Below, piece by piece: positions 36,901 through 50,125 of a stretch of DNA of 64,000 nucleotides. Numbering within the stretch: the stretch's first letter is position 1; each line of letters starts with the position of its first letter. The position numbers and the translations under genes are program-made. Below the pieces are notes generated by a model. The model saw only the letters and a list, made by a program, of their open reading frames with translations. It did no database searches and was not told the origin of the DNA. Where the stretch lies: NCBI GenBank assembly GCA_013239625.1, contig MU054338.1, positions 5,184,724 to 5,248,723 on the forward strand. The letters are read 5' to 3'. This DNA comes from Lama guanicoe (lineage: Eukaryota).

Positions 36901-38180
36901 GGACCGATTCAGTTGCATTCTGACTGGCCGGTGGACAAGTCCTATAGTGACTGACTTGGGCTCTCACTGACGACTGACAGTGACCAACAGACGGGTAAGT
37001 GAGTTGCTTCAAGATCAAGAGCGAATGAGCCTACAGTTACAGAAGTTTGGGAAGGCGTCTGTTGGTTTTGGTCCAGAAAAGGAACAGGAAGCTGAGACCA
37101 AGCTGGGTATGGTCTCACTGCATCGATTCAGTGTGAATTGACACACCTTGCCCTAAAGAAGCTCAGGCCTCTGTCCTGTTGGCACCCAAAAGTTATTTTC
37201 CATCTAGAAGAATTTCGCCCCCAAGTGGCGGTACCTTGACATGCAGTCTGAGACTGGGGAGGGGTGGTGGGCTAGTACCGTCGAGAGTTAGTGCTTTGCC
37301 CTACTGAAACCTTTTGCCTTGCTAAACTGTGGTCTGGTCTATGCAACTTGAAAGGGAGGCAACAGACATTCCATGACTTCAGGGTAGGTTTGATCTGCGT
37401 TCCCTGTCCCTCAGGAGCTCCCTCTCCAGGTGAGAATAAGGGATGAGGGATTCCACTCTGGCTTTGTTTGAAATGTCTTTTACTCCAAGAGGAGCAAACT
37501 AAGTTAAATAGCTGGGTTATACAGGTTTGTTGCTGAGAAGAAGGGCTGGCTTCTTAGTTGTAGTTGAAACCATGGAGTTGAACAAGGGCACCCAGGGACA
37601 GTATGTCAGGTGGGTACATCAAAGGCCCATAGGTCAAATGGAGGAGACTGGGTAGGACTTGTCAACAGGTAGGAAGAGGACCTGGAGGGCCTTGGAGAAG
37701 GCTGGTGGAGTAAGCAGTGCTGAGTGCAGTAGAGAACTCAGGCAAGGCAGCAGGCCAGAAGTGTATCCATCGTCCTTTGCGTTTTGCAACGTGGAGGTCC
37801 TTGGTGTGATGAGGGTTTTGGTTGAATGGTGGCTGTGGAAGCCAGGTTTCAGCGGGCTGAGATTTTTTTTTTTTTTCATCCAGAGGCGTGCTGGAGCCAG
37901 CTCATAATGCCTGGCAAGAGCCAACTGTCAAATTTTCAGGAATTTTGGAGGCAGTTATTAAAAACAGCCATTGTTTTAAAACTAATTGTATAAACTTACA
38001 ATCGATTGGATTATACTGAAACAAAGGTAATACTCAAAACTCATCTATGTTCTGTCAATGCTACTGATCACATCTGTACGCTGGAAATACCATGTAATGT
38101 GTGCCACTGCATCTTTTACAATTTAGGTTTTTTTTTTTTAATGGAGGTATCCTCTCTCCTAGGGTTTTGTTTTGTTATTG

Positions 38181-38266
38181 GTTTTTTTTTAAACAGAGAT
38201 ATTGGGGATTGAACTCAGGACCTCGTGCATGCTAAGCACGTGCCCCACTGAGCTATATCCTCCCCC
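38181..38266 (-). mobile_element. tRNA-derived SINE (camelid type)
   Basis: Reverse complement 'ggggattgaactcaggacctcgtgcatgctaagcac...ctgagctatatcctcccc' with a T-tail. Confidence 0.8.
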
Positions 38267-38580
38267 GACGAATTCTGTGTTTAAGGACATCACATTCATA
38301 GCCTGAAATTGGCCATGGTGGAAATATTTACACCATAGGAACTGACAAACACTACAGATCAGGAGCTTTCTGGTTTGTTCAGAGGGTCAGTTACTTAACC
38401 AGCACATAGACAGAGTGAACGTAGATGCCTCCGAGGAAGCTTCACAGTGCTTAGAAGGTGCAGGGATGACAGCTGGAGGGACATATGGGGTAGAGTTGAG
38501 GGTATTTTGTTTGTTTTTCCCACCTTTTTATTTTGAAAAATTTCTAAGCCATAAAAAAATTTCAAGAATAGTATAATGAA

Positions 38581-38700
38581 GGGAGGAGGAGGGTATGGCT
38601 AGCATGCACACTAGCCCTGGGTTCAATCACCAGTACCTCCTCTAAAAATAAATAAAGCAATAAACCTATTTACCTCCCTCCCCCCAAAAAATAAAGAAAG
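38581..38700 (+). mobile_element. tRNA-derived SINE (camelid type, internally deleted)
   Basis: 'gagggtatggctagcatgcac...ctgggttcaatcaccagtacctcc...aaacctatttacctccc...aaaa'. Confidence 0.7.
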
Positions 38701-40109
38701 AACACTTACATACCCTTTCACTAGATTCATTTTGCCACATTTGCTTTAGCATTCTCTCTAGTATAGATAGATAGAGAGATAAGAGAGAGAGAGAGAGAGA
38801 TACAAACAAATTTGTTTTGCTAAAGCATTTGGAAGAGTTGCGGGCGTCAGGACACTTCCCCTTCAATACTTCAGCCTGTAGGACACAGTGCCATTGTCAC
38901 AAGACATTCCTTCTCATTGATAAACTAATGAAAATTCAATCAATGAAAGTATCCTTCTTTCCCCGGTTTGATAGCTCTTTTTCCAAATCTAGCGTTCAGT
39001 CAGGTTTCACTTATTGCATTTGGTTGTCATCTCTTTCATCCAGCAGCATCCCCCTTGATTTTTTGGTGGGGCAGGATGGGGAGTCTTTCATGACTTTGAT
39101 GATTTTGGAGGCCTGTTGTTTTGGAAAAACATCCCCCATTCTGAACTGACCAATTGATTCGGCAAGATTAGGTTGAAGTTTTGTCCAGAACGTTCCGATG
39201 GAAATGTCTCCTTCTTGCTGGGAAGCCCATGACGTAAGCGTGTGATGCTTAGTTTGAAGGTGATGCTGAGTTTGCTGGCTAGGCTAAGGGTTTGGTTGTT
39301 CTTAAGGGGAGGGAGGGAGGGTATATTTACATGCTGAGCTGCTGGGCCTTCTGAGCTGGAGGGAAGAGAATGTTGAAGAGCCGGGGAGAGGAAGAGAGAG
39401 GCCCCCCCAACCCCCGTGCTTTGGGTCTATTCTGGGAGGGACAGGGAGGGGAGAGAGCATGACTGGGAAGTCCTATGCTGGCCCAGGAGGGTGTCGGTCA
39501 GGGCATTGGTCCAGCCTGTGACGAGCAGGGAGAGAGCCTGCTCTGCATTCACCACCCTGGTCCCCGTGGGGAAGGGCCAGGCAGGGGGGTGTGCAGGCGG
39601 GCAGATGCTCTTCAGAGAGCCCCACACAAGGAATTCTGAGTCTCCACCACTCTTGTCAATCTGTGAGCCCCTTGGGGACCAGGTTGCTTAGTTCAGTGCC
39701 TGGCACACAGTAGGTGCTCAATGAACATGTGTATCGACAAAAGGAATGAAAGAAAGAGCCACTGGAGAATCTTACGTGAAATCTCTTGAACATGGAAGGC
39801 CTTATGTATATAGCACAGGTTTCCAGGCGGAGGATGGGCTCCACCTAGCTTTTCCTGGCTGGCTGGGGTGGGGATGGGGCTAGGGTCAGCGACATCAACC
39901 CAGCTACCATTTTCTAGCCTAAAGGCCAGAAGTCTGGCTGGGTTCTTGCTGCGACAGCACATATATTAACACTGAAACAAGACAGAGAAATTAGCTCAGC
40001 CCCTTGTGTAAGGGTGACAAGTGAGTGACATATTTTTACAATGGGTATATATTTGACTATACTCTACACTTGAAAACTGGTTAAGATCCTCTCTCTCTGT
40101 CTCTCTTTC

Positions 40110-40270
40110 TCTCCCCCCATGCCAGGAGGACAGCCCTCACCAGGGACCAGATCTGCCGGCACCTTGATCTCAAGACTTCCCAGCCTCCAGAACTGTGAGA
40201 AATAAACGTCCGCTGTGTAAGCCCCTAGGAGGTGGTATTTTGCATTAGCTGCTCCAGCTGACTGATCCTG
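40110..40270 (+). mobile_element. MaLR LTR (MLT1-like) 3' fragment
   Basis: 'ctgccggcaccttgatctcaagacttcccagcctccagaactgtgagaaataaa...tgtaagcc'. Confidence 0.75.
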
Positions 40271-40569
40271 TGTGCCCCGGCCTGCCCGGCGCTGGGTCAT
40301 GGCAGAGTGCAGGGAACCTTCCCGCCGCCACCATATGGTGAGTGTGCATTGCAGTGGGCTGGGTGTGGCAGATGGCAAAGCCAGGAGTGACAAGGACCAA
40401 GGCAATCAGGGAGCCACCCTCTGGAGAAGCATCTGGAGAGCCAGTTCTTGGCCATGGGTTTTTGGCATCCGGCCGGAAGGCGGAGGTTCAGGGCTAAGAT
40501 TATCACAGGAAGACTCTTGGTGTTATTATCTACCACTCTGTAGCAGAGTACCCAAAATGTGGCGGCTTA

Positions 40570-40920
40570 ACAGAGAGCAGAGCGGTGGTTGCCGGGGACC
40601 AGGGGTGTAGGGGTGGGAGGATGCAGCAATGAGTGGGATGAGTCCGTTCCAGAGCTCTGCCCTACAGCTAGCCCAGTGCCTGCAGCTTGCCGTCCTGTAC
40701 TGCGCCCTAAAAACATTTGTTAAGAAGGCAGATCTCATGTTAAGTGTTCTGCCCCTTCAAAAGCCCCCAAAGCAGAGAGATATGCGGAAAACTCTGGAGA
40801 TGATGGACACGTTCATTACCTTGATTGTGGCGATGGGGTCACAGGTGTGTCCGCACGCGTCAATTGTATACATGAAATCTGGGCAGGTTTTGTAGATCAA
40901 CTGTACCCCAATAAGGCTGT
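40570..40920 (+). mobile_element. L1M 3'-end fragment
   Basis: 'agagagcagagcggtggttgcc...ttaagaaggcagatctcatgttaagtgttct...tcaactgtaccccaataag'. Confidence 0.7.
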
Positions 40921-40989
40921 GTGTCCTCGCACAGTGGAAGGGGCAAGGGGATCTCTCCAGGGCCTCTTTTATAAAGATCCTGGGGCACT

Positions 40990-41520
40990 TTTATAAGAAG
41001 CGTCCAGAAGACATAATGGCTTAAAACAATGAATATGCATGCTCTCACATTCTCTGCAGGTCAGGCAGGAGTCCGGGTGCGACCCAGCTGTTCCTATGGT
41101 TCAGAGTGTCTTACAAGTTTACAGTCAGGGTATCTGGTGGGGCCACAATCTAGGCCCAGCTTGGGGAGGGTTCTGCTCCAAGATCACTCACGCGGCTGTT
41201 GGCAGGATTCAGTCCCTTGACGGCCGTGGGTGAAGGGCCTCTGCTTCCCACTGATGACTGGCGGTGGCCCTCTTGGGTTGTTTGCTGTGGGGGCGACAGC
41301 GGCTTCCAATATGGCAGCTGGCCTGTCCGAGGGGGTGAGAGAGGCCCACCGGCAAGACAAGCCACAGTCTTTTGTCACCTAATCTTGGTTGTGGCATCCC
41401 ATCCCATTTGTTCGTTAGAAGGTCTCACCAGGTCCTGCCCACACTCAAGGCGAGAGGATCAGGCAAGAGCATGAACCTAGGAGGTGGGAGTCATGGGGCC
41501 ACTTTAGAGACTGCCCCCCA
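40990..41520 (-). mobile_element. MaLR LTR (MLT1-like), antisense
   Basis: 'tggcttaaaacaa...ctcaca', 'ttctgctccaagatcactcac...ttggcaggattcagtccctt'. Confidence 0.65.
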
Positions 41521-41899
41521 CCTGTACTCTTTCTAAGCATTACAGAGGTTTGATTACACAGCCTGGGGAGGGCAAGACTGGGACTCAGGGATAACTCAGG
41601 CTTTGTTAGTTACAGTTGTAGCATAGAGAACCTGGGGCAGAAAACCGACATTAGTGGAAATCTGAGACAATCTGAATTAAGTGTGGACTTCAGCTAATGT
41701 AGAATGTATAGCTTTATAATGTATCAGTATTGTAACAAAAGTCCCCCATTAATCTAGGACATTACTAATAGGGGAAGTGGTGTCTGTGTCTTTTTTTTTT
41801 TTTTACAAATAGATGCATCATTTTAATGTATTCATCTTACTATCCTGAATTTAGGCATTAATGTAAAAAAATTAGTGATCATGTCTTTTTTTTTTAATA

Positions 41900-42730
41900 T
41901 AAAACTTTATTTTTCAGAGCAGTTTTAGGTTCACAGCAAAATTGAGTGGGAAGTGCCAGGAGTAATGAAAAAGAATACGAAAACAAATACATGCATGTAT
42001 ATGGATGACTGAAATATGATGCTGGACACTTGAAATTGACACAACATTGTAAAGTGACTATACTTCAACAAAAAGAAAGAGAGAGAAAGAAAGAAAGAGA
42101 GAGAGAAAGAAAGGAAGGAAGGAAGAACAGGGAGTTCCCGTAAGCCCTCTGCCCCACGCTGCCACACACAGCCTCCCACACCACAGTCACCCTCAGTCCA
42201 CAGATGACATTAGGGTTCACCCCTGGTGGTGCACACTCTGTGGGTTTGGACAAATGTTTAATGACGTGTCTCCACCATCTCCACCATTACAGGAGCGTAC
42301 AGAATAATTTCATTGCCCTAAACATCCTCTGTGCTCTGCCTGTTCATCTTTCCCGGCCCCACGGCCCCTGGAACGACTGATCTATTCCCTGTCTCCCTAG
42401 TTTTGTCTTTTCCAGAACGTCACAGAGCTGGAAGCATACATCATGGAGCCTTTTCAGATGGGCTCCTTCCACTTAGTCAAATGCACTGAAGTTCTTCCCC
42501 CATCTTCACGGCTTGATAGGTCATTTCTTTTGAGTACTGAGTAACATCCCATTGTCTGGATATATCGCAGTTTATCCATTCACCTCCTGAAGGACGTTTT
42601 GGTTGCTTCCAAGTTTTGGCATTCATGAATAAAACTGCTCTAACCATCCATGTGCAGGTTTTTATGTGCTTATGTAAGTTTTCACTTCATCTGGAGAAGT
42701 ACCAAGGAGTGTGACTGCCAGATCAATTAT
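41900..42730 (-). mobile_element. L1MB-like 3' fragment (antisense) with a nested younger L1 3' end at ~41962-42128 (+)
   Basis: 'agagcagttttaggttcacagcaaaattgag' is interrupted by 'gaaaaagaata...gaaattgacacaacattgtaaagtgactatacttcaa' + GA-rich tail, then L1MB resumes. Confidence 0.7.
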
Positions 42731-43249
42731 TTCTTTTTTATACACTCAGTGTACCATAGGATGGCACTCAATTCTCACTGCAATTATGTCTCTTGTCAGT
42801 TTCTTCTCCTTTTTTTCCCCTTTTATTCTTGTATTTTATGAAGCCTATAGGTTTAATACTGCCCTCATCTCCGATTTTATTGTCATGATGTTCATCATAG
42901 CATCAGGTTCTTAATCTTTTCAACCTAAATGATATTTTTCTCTGATATTAACAGTGCCGATCAGATTTTGCTGTTTAGAACAATAACAGCTGTGATTTAC
43001 TGAGCTCTCACCAGGCTAGGCAGTGTGCCAAGTACTTCACACGCTCTTTGGTGAGGCCCTTTTTGGCTGGAAGGAGCCCGGATGAAGGAGAATGTATCTA
43101 ACCCTGCAGCGGAACCTCAAAGGCAGAACTAGATCGTCCCTCTGGCCTCGTGGAAGCTAGCCTGGGAAGCAGGCACCTCCTTATGAAGAGGAATCTACTG
43201 TCTCCAGCCTAAGGCTGTCCCTGCTCACCTTCTCAGCGGCCCCTCACTC

Positions 43250-43740
43250 GCTGTTAGGGCCTGAGTGGTGTCCCTCCAAACTCATATGCTGAAGCCTTCA
43301 CCCTTAGCACCTCAGAATGTGACTGTATTTCGAGATGGGACATTTAAAGTGGTAATTAAGAGGTGGGGTGGGGTATAGCTCAGGGGTAGAGTACACACTT
43401 GGCATGCACAGGGTCCTGGGTTCAATCCCCAGCACCTCCACTTAAAAAAAAAGAAAAAGAAAAAGAAAAAGAAAAAGAAACAGGCTTTTAAAGTGGTAAT
43501 TAAGGTAAAACAGGGTCATTAGAATCTGACCAGTGTCCTTATAAGAGGAAGTTAGGGCACAGACACACACAGAGGGGAGGCCAGCAAGAAGACTGCCACC
43601 TATGAGCCAAGGAGAGATTCCTCAGAAGAAACCGACCTTGCTGACACCTTGACCTTGGACTTCCAGCCTCCAGAACCATAAGAAAATACATTCCTGCTGT
43701 GTAAGCCACCCAGACTATGGTCCCTTGTCAGGGCAGCCCC
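43250..43740 (+). mobile_element. MaLR LTR (MLT1-like) interrupted by a SINE
   Basis: 'ccctccaaactcatatgctgaagcc...acctcagaatgtgactgtattt' ... 'gacaccttgaccttggacttccagcctccagaac'. Confidence 0.8.
43361..43489 (+). mobile_element. tRNA-derived SINE (camelid type) with target-site duplication
   Basis: 'ggggtatagctcaggggtagag...ggtcctgggttcaatccccagcacctcc' + A-rich tail. tttaaagtggtaattaag repeated at 43343-43360 and 43487-43504. Confidence 0.88.
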
Positions 43741-44309
43741 TGCAAATTCACACAGCAGTTCCTCTGCCTCCTCCCTTGGGCTCAGGGTCCCCGCCCACGC
43801 TGGGCTTCTGCTGCCCCCAGGCCTTCGCCATCTGGCTGCCTTCTGTCTGCCTTCTGTCTGGCCTCCTTCCCACTCCTGCCCCCCCCCCCACGTCTACCCG
43901 GCTGACTCTCTCCTCCGTCTCCTGTTCTCCTTCCCAGGAGTAAGAATAGCTGCTGGCACTGGTGGCGTGCCTCCCCTGTTCCAGACGGGGTGCCGGGCCC
44001 TTAGGGGCGGCATCCTACTTAGCTCCAGCCCACATCCCTTCGAGAAGGATGCTATCATTAGCCATCTCGTACAGACAGGCCCCTGAAGCTGGCAGAGAGA
44101 GGGGAAGGAAGTTGGCCACAACTAGAGCATCAACAAAGGGAGTCTGGCTGGTCCCATCAGGGCAGAGCCTCTGACTCAGATCACCGCCCAGACCCTTGGC
44201 CCGTCCGCCAGGCGCAGGCAAAGTGATGTGGGTACGGCAGGCATTGAATCCTCTAAATCTGTGAAGTTGGCAGCACCATTCCCTGAGCGAGGGAGCAAGG
44301 GCCTCCAGA

Positions 44310-44515
44310 GAATAGTGAGTTAGTGGTGAATGGGGACAGAATTTCAGTTTGGGGTGATGAGAAAGTTCTGGAGATGGATGGTTGCACAATAATGTGAATG
44401 CACTGAATGCCACTGTACTGGGCATTTAACAGTAATTAAGATAGTAAATTTTATGTTATGTATATTTTACCACAATACAAAAATTAATAAACACGCGTAT
44501 TATTTTTAAAAAGAA
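44310..44515 (+). mobile_element. L1MB-like 3' end
   Basis: 'aatggggacagaatttcagtttggggtgatgagaaagttctggagatgg...gtaaattttatgttatgtatattttaccacaat'. Confidence 0.8.
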
Positions 44516-45789
44516 AGATTCAGGAGTTGGGGGAGGGGGGACATGGACAGGAGACTTCATTGTGGTTTGCATGGGGAGAAATGGGTGAGGAAGGCTAGGC
44601 AGGCTTGGGATCAGCTAGTTTAGGCGATTTCAGCAGGCTCTAGGTGTCGGGGCTGGCCCTAGGTGTCTGGCAGCTGGCCTTGGGGTGATCAGGACAGAGG
44701 AATGTGGCCTCTTGGAGTGTGGAGTTCTGATAAGGGAGGCAGTTAGGGGTATCAGCTCTGGATTGGCTGGTTTGCACAGGAAAGGTGCACTTTTTGGCAA
44801 GCAGTTTACTCTCCCTAGGAATTAGCCAGCCCTGGGAGTCTCGCCCAGATTACCAAGGTCCCAAGATGTCAAAGCACCAGAATACAGAAGATAAGACATG
44901 GTTAATATGCAAAGACAAAGAGCAGCACTGCCAAAGGGCAAAGGCAGGAAGGCTCGAGCAGTCCCGGGGGCTGGGAGTCACTGTCCCACCAGGCCAGGGC
45001 AGATTCTGAGACATGGATGGAGTGAGTGGGAGGCGGGTGTCGTCAAGGCTGGGACCCCCTCCATCCCTCCTATGCCCTCTGCCTTTGAGCCTTCTCTGGA
45101 ATGGAGGGGCTGAGGGAATAGCCAGGACCAAGCCTGGGGTCTTGAGCTGACAGTGCAGCCCCACCAGGGCTCTGTGTGCCTCTGGCTTTGCTCCAGGCTT
45201 CTGGCAGGTGCAGCTGTGTCTACAGAGCCCTGCCCCACAGACCTGGGATTCCTCCTGCCCTGTCCTGCCTATGGCTTCTCAGTCCTCCTCCCCACTCTTG
45301 CCCCTCCTGGTTGGATGAAATCCCCCCAGTTCCTTGACCCCCATCTAGATTTGTCTCCTCTGCCATTCTTCACAGCAGTCAACCTGTGTGGTTATTCAGT
45401 GATGTCTGTCTTTCCCATGAGACCAGCTCTTCTCTGATATTGAAGGATCAGGTAGACCATGGTCATGCTTCTTTTAAAATTTCCAGTCTGATGTGAAGCA
45501 ATATGTGGTTTGGCTGTGCGTGGCTGGTACACAGCTGGGAATATGCTAAGTGAATTAGACAACACCCAGGTTGACTTGGGGCCCAGGCAAGAGAACATGA
45601 CAGGTCAACTGAGAAGGCACTTGGATGTCTCGACAATGTCAAAATGCATCCCGTGTTTCTAAAGCCCTCTGTTCCTGTCCTGTGCCTGTCTACTGTGGCT
45701 CAGCCTTGACCGGCATGGCATGTGCTCAGTGAGGACAGGGACTGTCCTCCGGGCCTCATCTTAGTACCCTCAGAACTGACACACTGTAG

Positions 45790-46200
45790 GTGGCTGTGGG
45801 TTGAATTATGTCTCCCCAAATTCATACACTGCATCCCTAACCCCTAAGACCTCAGAACATGACCTTATTGGAAAATAGGTTCATTATAGATCAGTGAAAA
45901 TGAGGTCATACCGGAGTCAACGGGCCCCAAATCCAACATGACTGGTGTCCTCATTTGGACTCAGACACGCACACAGGGAGAACGCCACGTGGAGATGAAG
46001 GCAGAAATTGGAGTCAGGCTACAGGAAGGCAAAGAACGCCAGCAGTCACAGAAGCAAGGAGAGGGGCCTGGAACAGACTCCCCCCTCCCAGCGCTCAGAA
46101 GGAACCAACCCTGCCGACACATTGATCTCGGATTTCTAGCCTCTAGGACTGTGAGATGATAAATTTCTGTTGTTTAAGCCACACTAGCAAACTAATACAC
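45790..46200 (+). mobile_element. MaLR LTR (MLT1-like)
   Basis: 'tgtgggttgaattatgtctccccaaattcat'...'aaggaaccaaccctgccgacacattgatctcggatttctagcct...aaatttctgttgtttaagccac'. Confidence 0.82.
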
Positions 46201-49200
46201 GTCTTTAGTTAATGTCTGTTGTATGTTAGTATCTGTGCACAAGCAGACTCAGTAAGCCCCACGTGAGCTGGCCAGACTGGAGTGCTGGAGGGCTCCCCGT
46301 GTGGGCTGAGCGCACACGATCGGATCAGCTGATCTACCACAAATGTCAAACTTTTGGCAGCTGAAAGCCCTAAGATGATTTTTGTTTTTTAATTGAAGCA
46401 AAATTCATATAACAAAAGGTGGAGGGTGGATTCAAAGGTCCTGAAAAGGAGGATATGAGGGGGAAGGGGGAGCTTTACACACATCATCTCTTTACATTGA
46501 AAACATTTACAGATTGTATCTTCATGGGGCCAAACGGTTCAAAAATAACTTGATAAATTTTAATTTTTTTCTTCAGTCATGAAAGGAGGTGAGTGGGATG
46601 TTTTAAGATTTTTTTTTAATTACCAAAAAAAAAAAATAGCAAAGCTTTTTGAAAAAGCATATTTCAGGTTTAGGCTTCTGCCTTTCTGTGGGTCCGGGGG
46701 CCCGACACCTCCACCATCAACAATCATCCTCCTTGCGTTTTCTTTGCTCTCTGGGTGGCACTTTGATGCCTCCGTCTGGGACCCATCTCTTCCTGAGGTT
46801 CCCTTTATTCATTCACTGTTTATCTTCACCTGGAGATGCTGCCCTGCAGTCCAGTCTGGTGGCTCCTGGGGCCTCCTCCGTCAGGGCACATATATCACTG
46901 CCAGATGCCCTGTGAAAGCCTTTTGGTGGTGCTGCCCCTATCCCAGCCCAGCCCAGTCCCTATGGCCCAGGAGGGGGAGTTTACACTGAGAAGCCATGCA
47001 AGAGGCAAGGCCTCTCCTGGCAGGGGGAACAGCGTGGGCAAGGGCTTGGCGTCCAAGGATCAGGGACACCCAACCCCCTTCACTGCAGGAGTAACCTCGG
47101 CATTCGAGCTCTCCACCTCTTTGACTTGTGAACAGACACACCCCACTGCTCCTTTCCTTCCTGGCAGAGGCCTGCAGGCACATGCACGCCTGCTTTCAGG
47201 GGCTGCCCTGAGATTTTTGTTCAAGCCCCATGCACAGCTCCCTGAGGGGCCCCAGGTGAAGTTTCGGGCTGCCACGCACTCCGCTTGTCAAGCCAGGCAT
47301 CATCATCACGCCGCTTTCCTGTTTTCCTGGGATGTGACAATTTCATGTGGGCAAAGGAGAAAGCTCACGTGCACTGGTAGGTAAAAACTGGCTTTAGTTT
47401 TAGAGCCCCTGGACCCCAGCCGGCCCTGGTGGTCCTGGAGCTCCAGGCCCTGTACAGACTTTCTGAAAACTCGCTCTGCCCTGTCCCTCTGCATTCCCCA
47501 GCAGCTAGCTGTTTGGTGTGGGTCGAGGGGTTGGGTGGTTTACACCGTGGACCCACCAGGCCTCTCCATGAGGCTTCAGTTGACAGAAGAGGGCATGCGT
47601 GCCTGGGCCACCAAAGCGGCTCTCCTGCTAACCGGCCAGCCCTATGCCCACCCCCACCTTCTGCCCTGGGTCCCTGCAACCAGAGAGGGCCCCTCAGCGG
47701 CCTGCCCCGAGCCCTGGTCGCTCTCTTCGACACCCAGCCAAGGGCTGTCTGAGTTGGTTTCCTCCAGGACCCAGGCCTTCACACCCCAAGGCCCAGATGC
47801 TGCCCACTTGGACTCTTCAGGCCCCCCATCAAGTCCTCAACTTTGAGAAAACCCATCGGACAGAGCAAGGTCCTTGGAATGAAGGGGAAGGTGGGCTTTG
47901 AGATTCCATAGTCTAGAAGAAGCCCAAAGACAACCAGAAAGCTTAACAGAGATGGAGGCAGTCACACGGGACCCCACGCCGAGGGCCCTGCCTGAGCTCG
48001 AGCTAAGCTTCTTGAAATTCTTGATACTTGTTGAACCAGAAGCCCTGCAAATTCTGCCCCAGTTCTGGTGGGAGTTTAGGAGGAGCCCTGGGGCTCTCAG
48101 AGGACACCGTTCCCGGATGTCCGAATGGGGAGGAGCTGGCTGTGTGCTCACGATGCAGGGTCTCAAGAGGAATCCTCCTCTGCCAGCTCTGGGGTGACCG
48201 GAAGATCCCTGGGAGAGCTTGGGTGGGTCCAGGCCCCTGGCACGTGCCCAGCCCCTTCCCACCCCTGTGTGGTTACACAGGCCGAGTGTCCCGCCTGCAG
48301 AAGGTGTCAGGCCTCCTCCGCACCCCAACTTCCCATCCTCGGCTGAACCCCAAAGGGGACAGTTCAGAGGCACGAAACTAAGTTGCAGTCTAAATCCAGG
48401 ATGCTCTATATCAAACTGGTGAAAATAAGTCACCAGCACTGAATGGTGTCTGTTTTCCAATGGCCTAAGCTTCCGTGTATCACCTGGAAATGGGTACGTG
48501 AGCAATAGTAAACCTTCCTCACTGTTCAGGAAAAGTGCTCTATGAAGTGGACAGCGTGCTAATAGCGACTAGCTCTCATTTCCCACCACGACCTCCTAGC
48601 TCCTCGGAACTCCCTCCTGTTCTGCTAACGCCTTCTCAGACGCCTCTGAGGGACCCCTACACCCAGCACTCGGCACACCCGGGAATGGGATGGGGGTGTT
48701 CGGTCTGTTCTTTTGGATCCTGGGTGGGATGAAACGTGCCACCAGCCCACGAGAGGTGGGCAAAGCAAGGTGCTAACTTGGGAGAAATGCTCCCTGGCCA
48801 GCTTTCATTTTGCTGCAGGACTTCTGGCGGCTTCCCAAAGCTTGGGGCTGCCACTTGTCAGGGCTCCTAGCCCCACGCTACCCACTGTCCTGCTCTGAGC
48901 AGGCTCCAGGCCAGGAGCAGAGGATAAGGCACCGATTCACTGTGCCCCTACCCACCACCCCTCACTCCACAGTGAAAAACACTCTCACGTCACAACTCGG
49001 TCCTTCCTATCACTGAACAGAAGCCACGCTTCTCCAGGACAACACTGGTGTCTAATTTTCTCTCTTCTCCCCCAGAAATCCTTTCCAATTGTGCTAGGAA
49101 AGTATTGAGGGCAAACAAACTCACCCAAAACCCAAAGACAAAAGGATGCAGCCATTTGGCCCCCAGAGCCTTGACCTTGAATGGAACTGGGAAAACAGCC

Positions 49201-49374
49201 CCACTGAGACAGTGTGGTGCCAAGAGCTCCCCAACCTGGCACAGGGGGCTCAGCCTCTTGGCTCCCAATTCCAGGGTAGGGGAGGATCGGAAGCCGTCCT
49301 GGGCGCCAGAGGTGGAGATGGGGGGCGGCATGGCTTTGTTGAAGCACACCCCCACTCATGGTGCTCTCTTAAAC

Positions 49375-49530
49375 CTCCTGCTTCTCAGAGTGGGCCCTTG
49401 GAGAGCTGGTATCACCTGGGAATTGGTCAGAAATGCAGACCCTCAAGTTCAGCCCAAAATTGCTGTATCTGCTTTTGAAGAAGGCCCCCTGGGGGAGGGG
49501 GAGGCACACTCTGGGTCTGAGAAGCCCTGC
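49375..49530. mobile_element. MER5A-like DNA transposon
   Basis: 'cttctcagagtggg...atcacctgggaattggtcagaaatgcaga...ctgagaagccctg'. Confidence 0.6.
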
Positions 49531-49959
49531 TCTGCGATGCGTGGGGAAAGGCTGACCCCCAGACCCCTTCTCCCCAGTGCACAGGTGTAGACAGTGCCTG
49601 GGGAGCTGCCTGGGGGCCCCAGAGCCCCTGCTGGAAGGCTGAGCACCCAAGGGACAGCCCTGGAGCCACCTCCTGCTGGAGCTCGGCCCTCCTCCCCCAG
49701 GTGGTACTTGCCTGCCCCTCTAGCAGGGACATGGGCTAGTTGTTCTGAGGGAGAACACAGACCACAAGAAACACACAAGACAGAAAACCTGGTGACTTTA
49801 GGAGAGGCTACAGGAGAAGCATGTCCATGGGTTTAATTTGAGTCCAGGGGTGCAGGGACCTGGGGGCTGCTCTCTCTGCTGAGCCAAGCCCAGCCTCACT
49901 CCCTGGCTGCTTGCTAGATTCACAGCAGCCATGGTTAAGTGGGACACCTACTTGATCTG

Positions 49960-50125
49960 TCTTCCTCTTCACAAGGATCCCATGGGGTGGGTGTTGTGGA
50001 CCCCATTTCACAAATGGGGACACTGAGGCTCAGGCAGTCAGGGGCCTGCCCACGTTGCACACTGAGGAGGAGGGGCGGGAGAGCCAGGATTCAAACCTTA
50101 GACTCTGATCCTCCCGCCTCTCGGT
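49960..50125 (-). mobile_element. MIR SINE fragment
   Basis: 'ccccatttcacaaatggggacactgaggctcagg...gagccaggattcaaacc'. Confidence 0.7.

Noticed and set aside
46579..49836. Intergenic ORFs of 180-222 aa as a hidden gene between TIMM44 and ELAVL1
   Set aside because: No recognisable domains or consistent exon chain, and old repeat fragments are interspersed.
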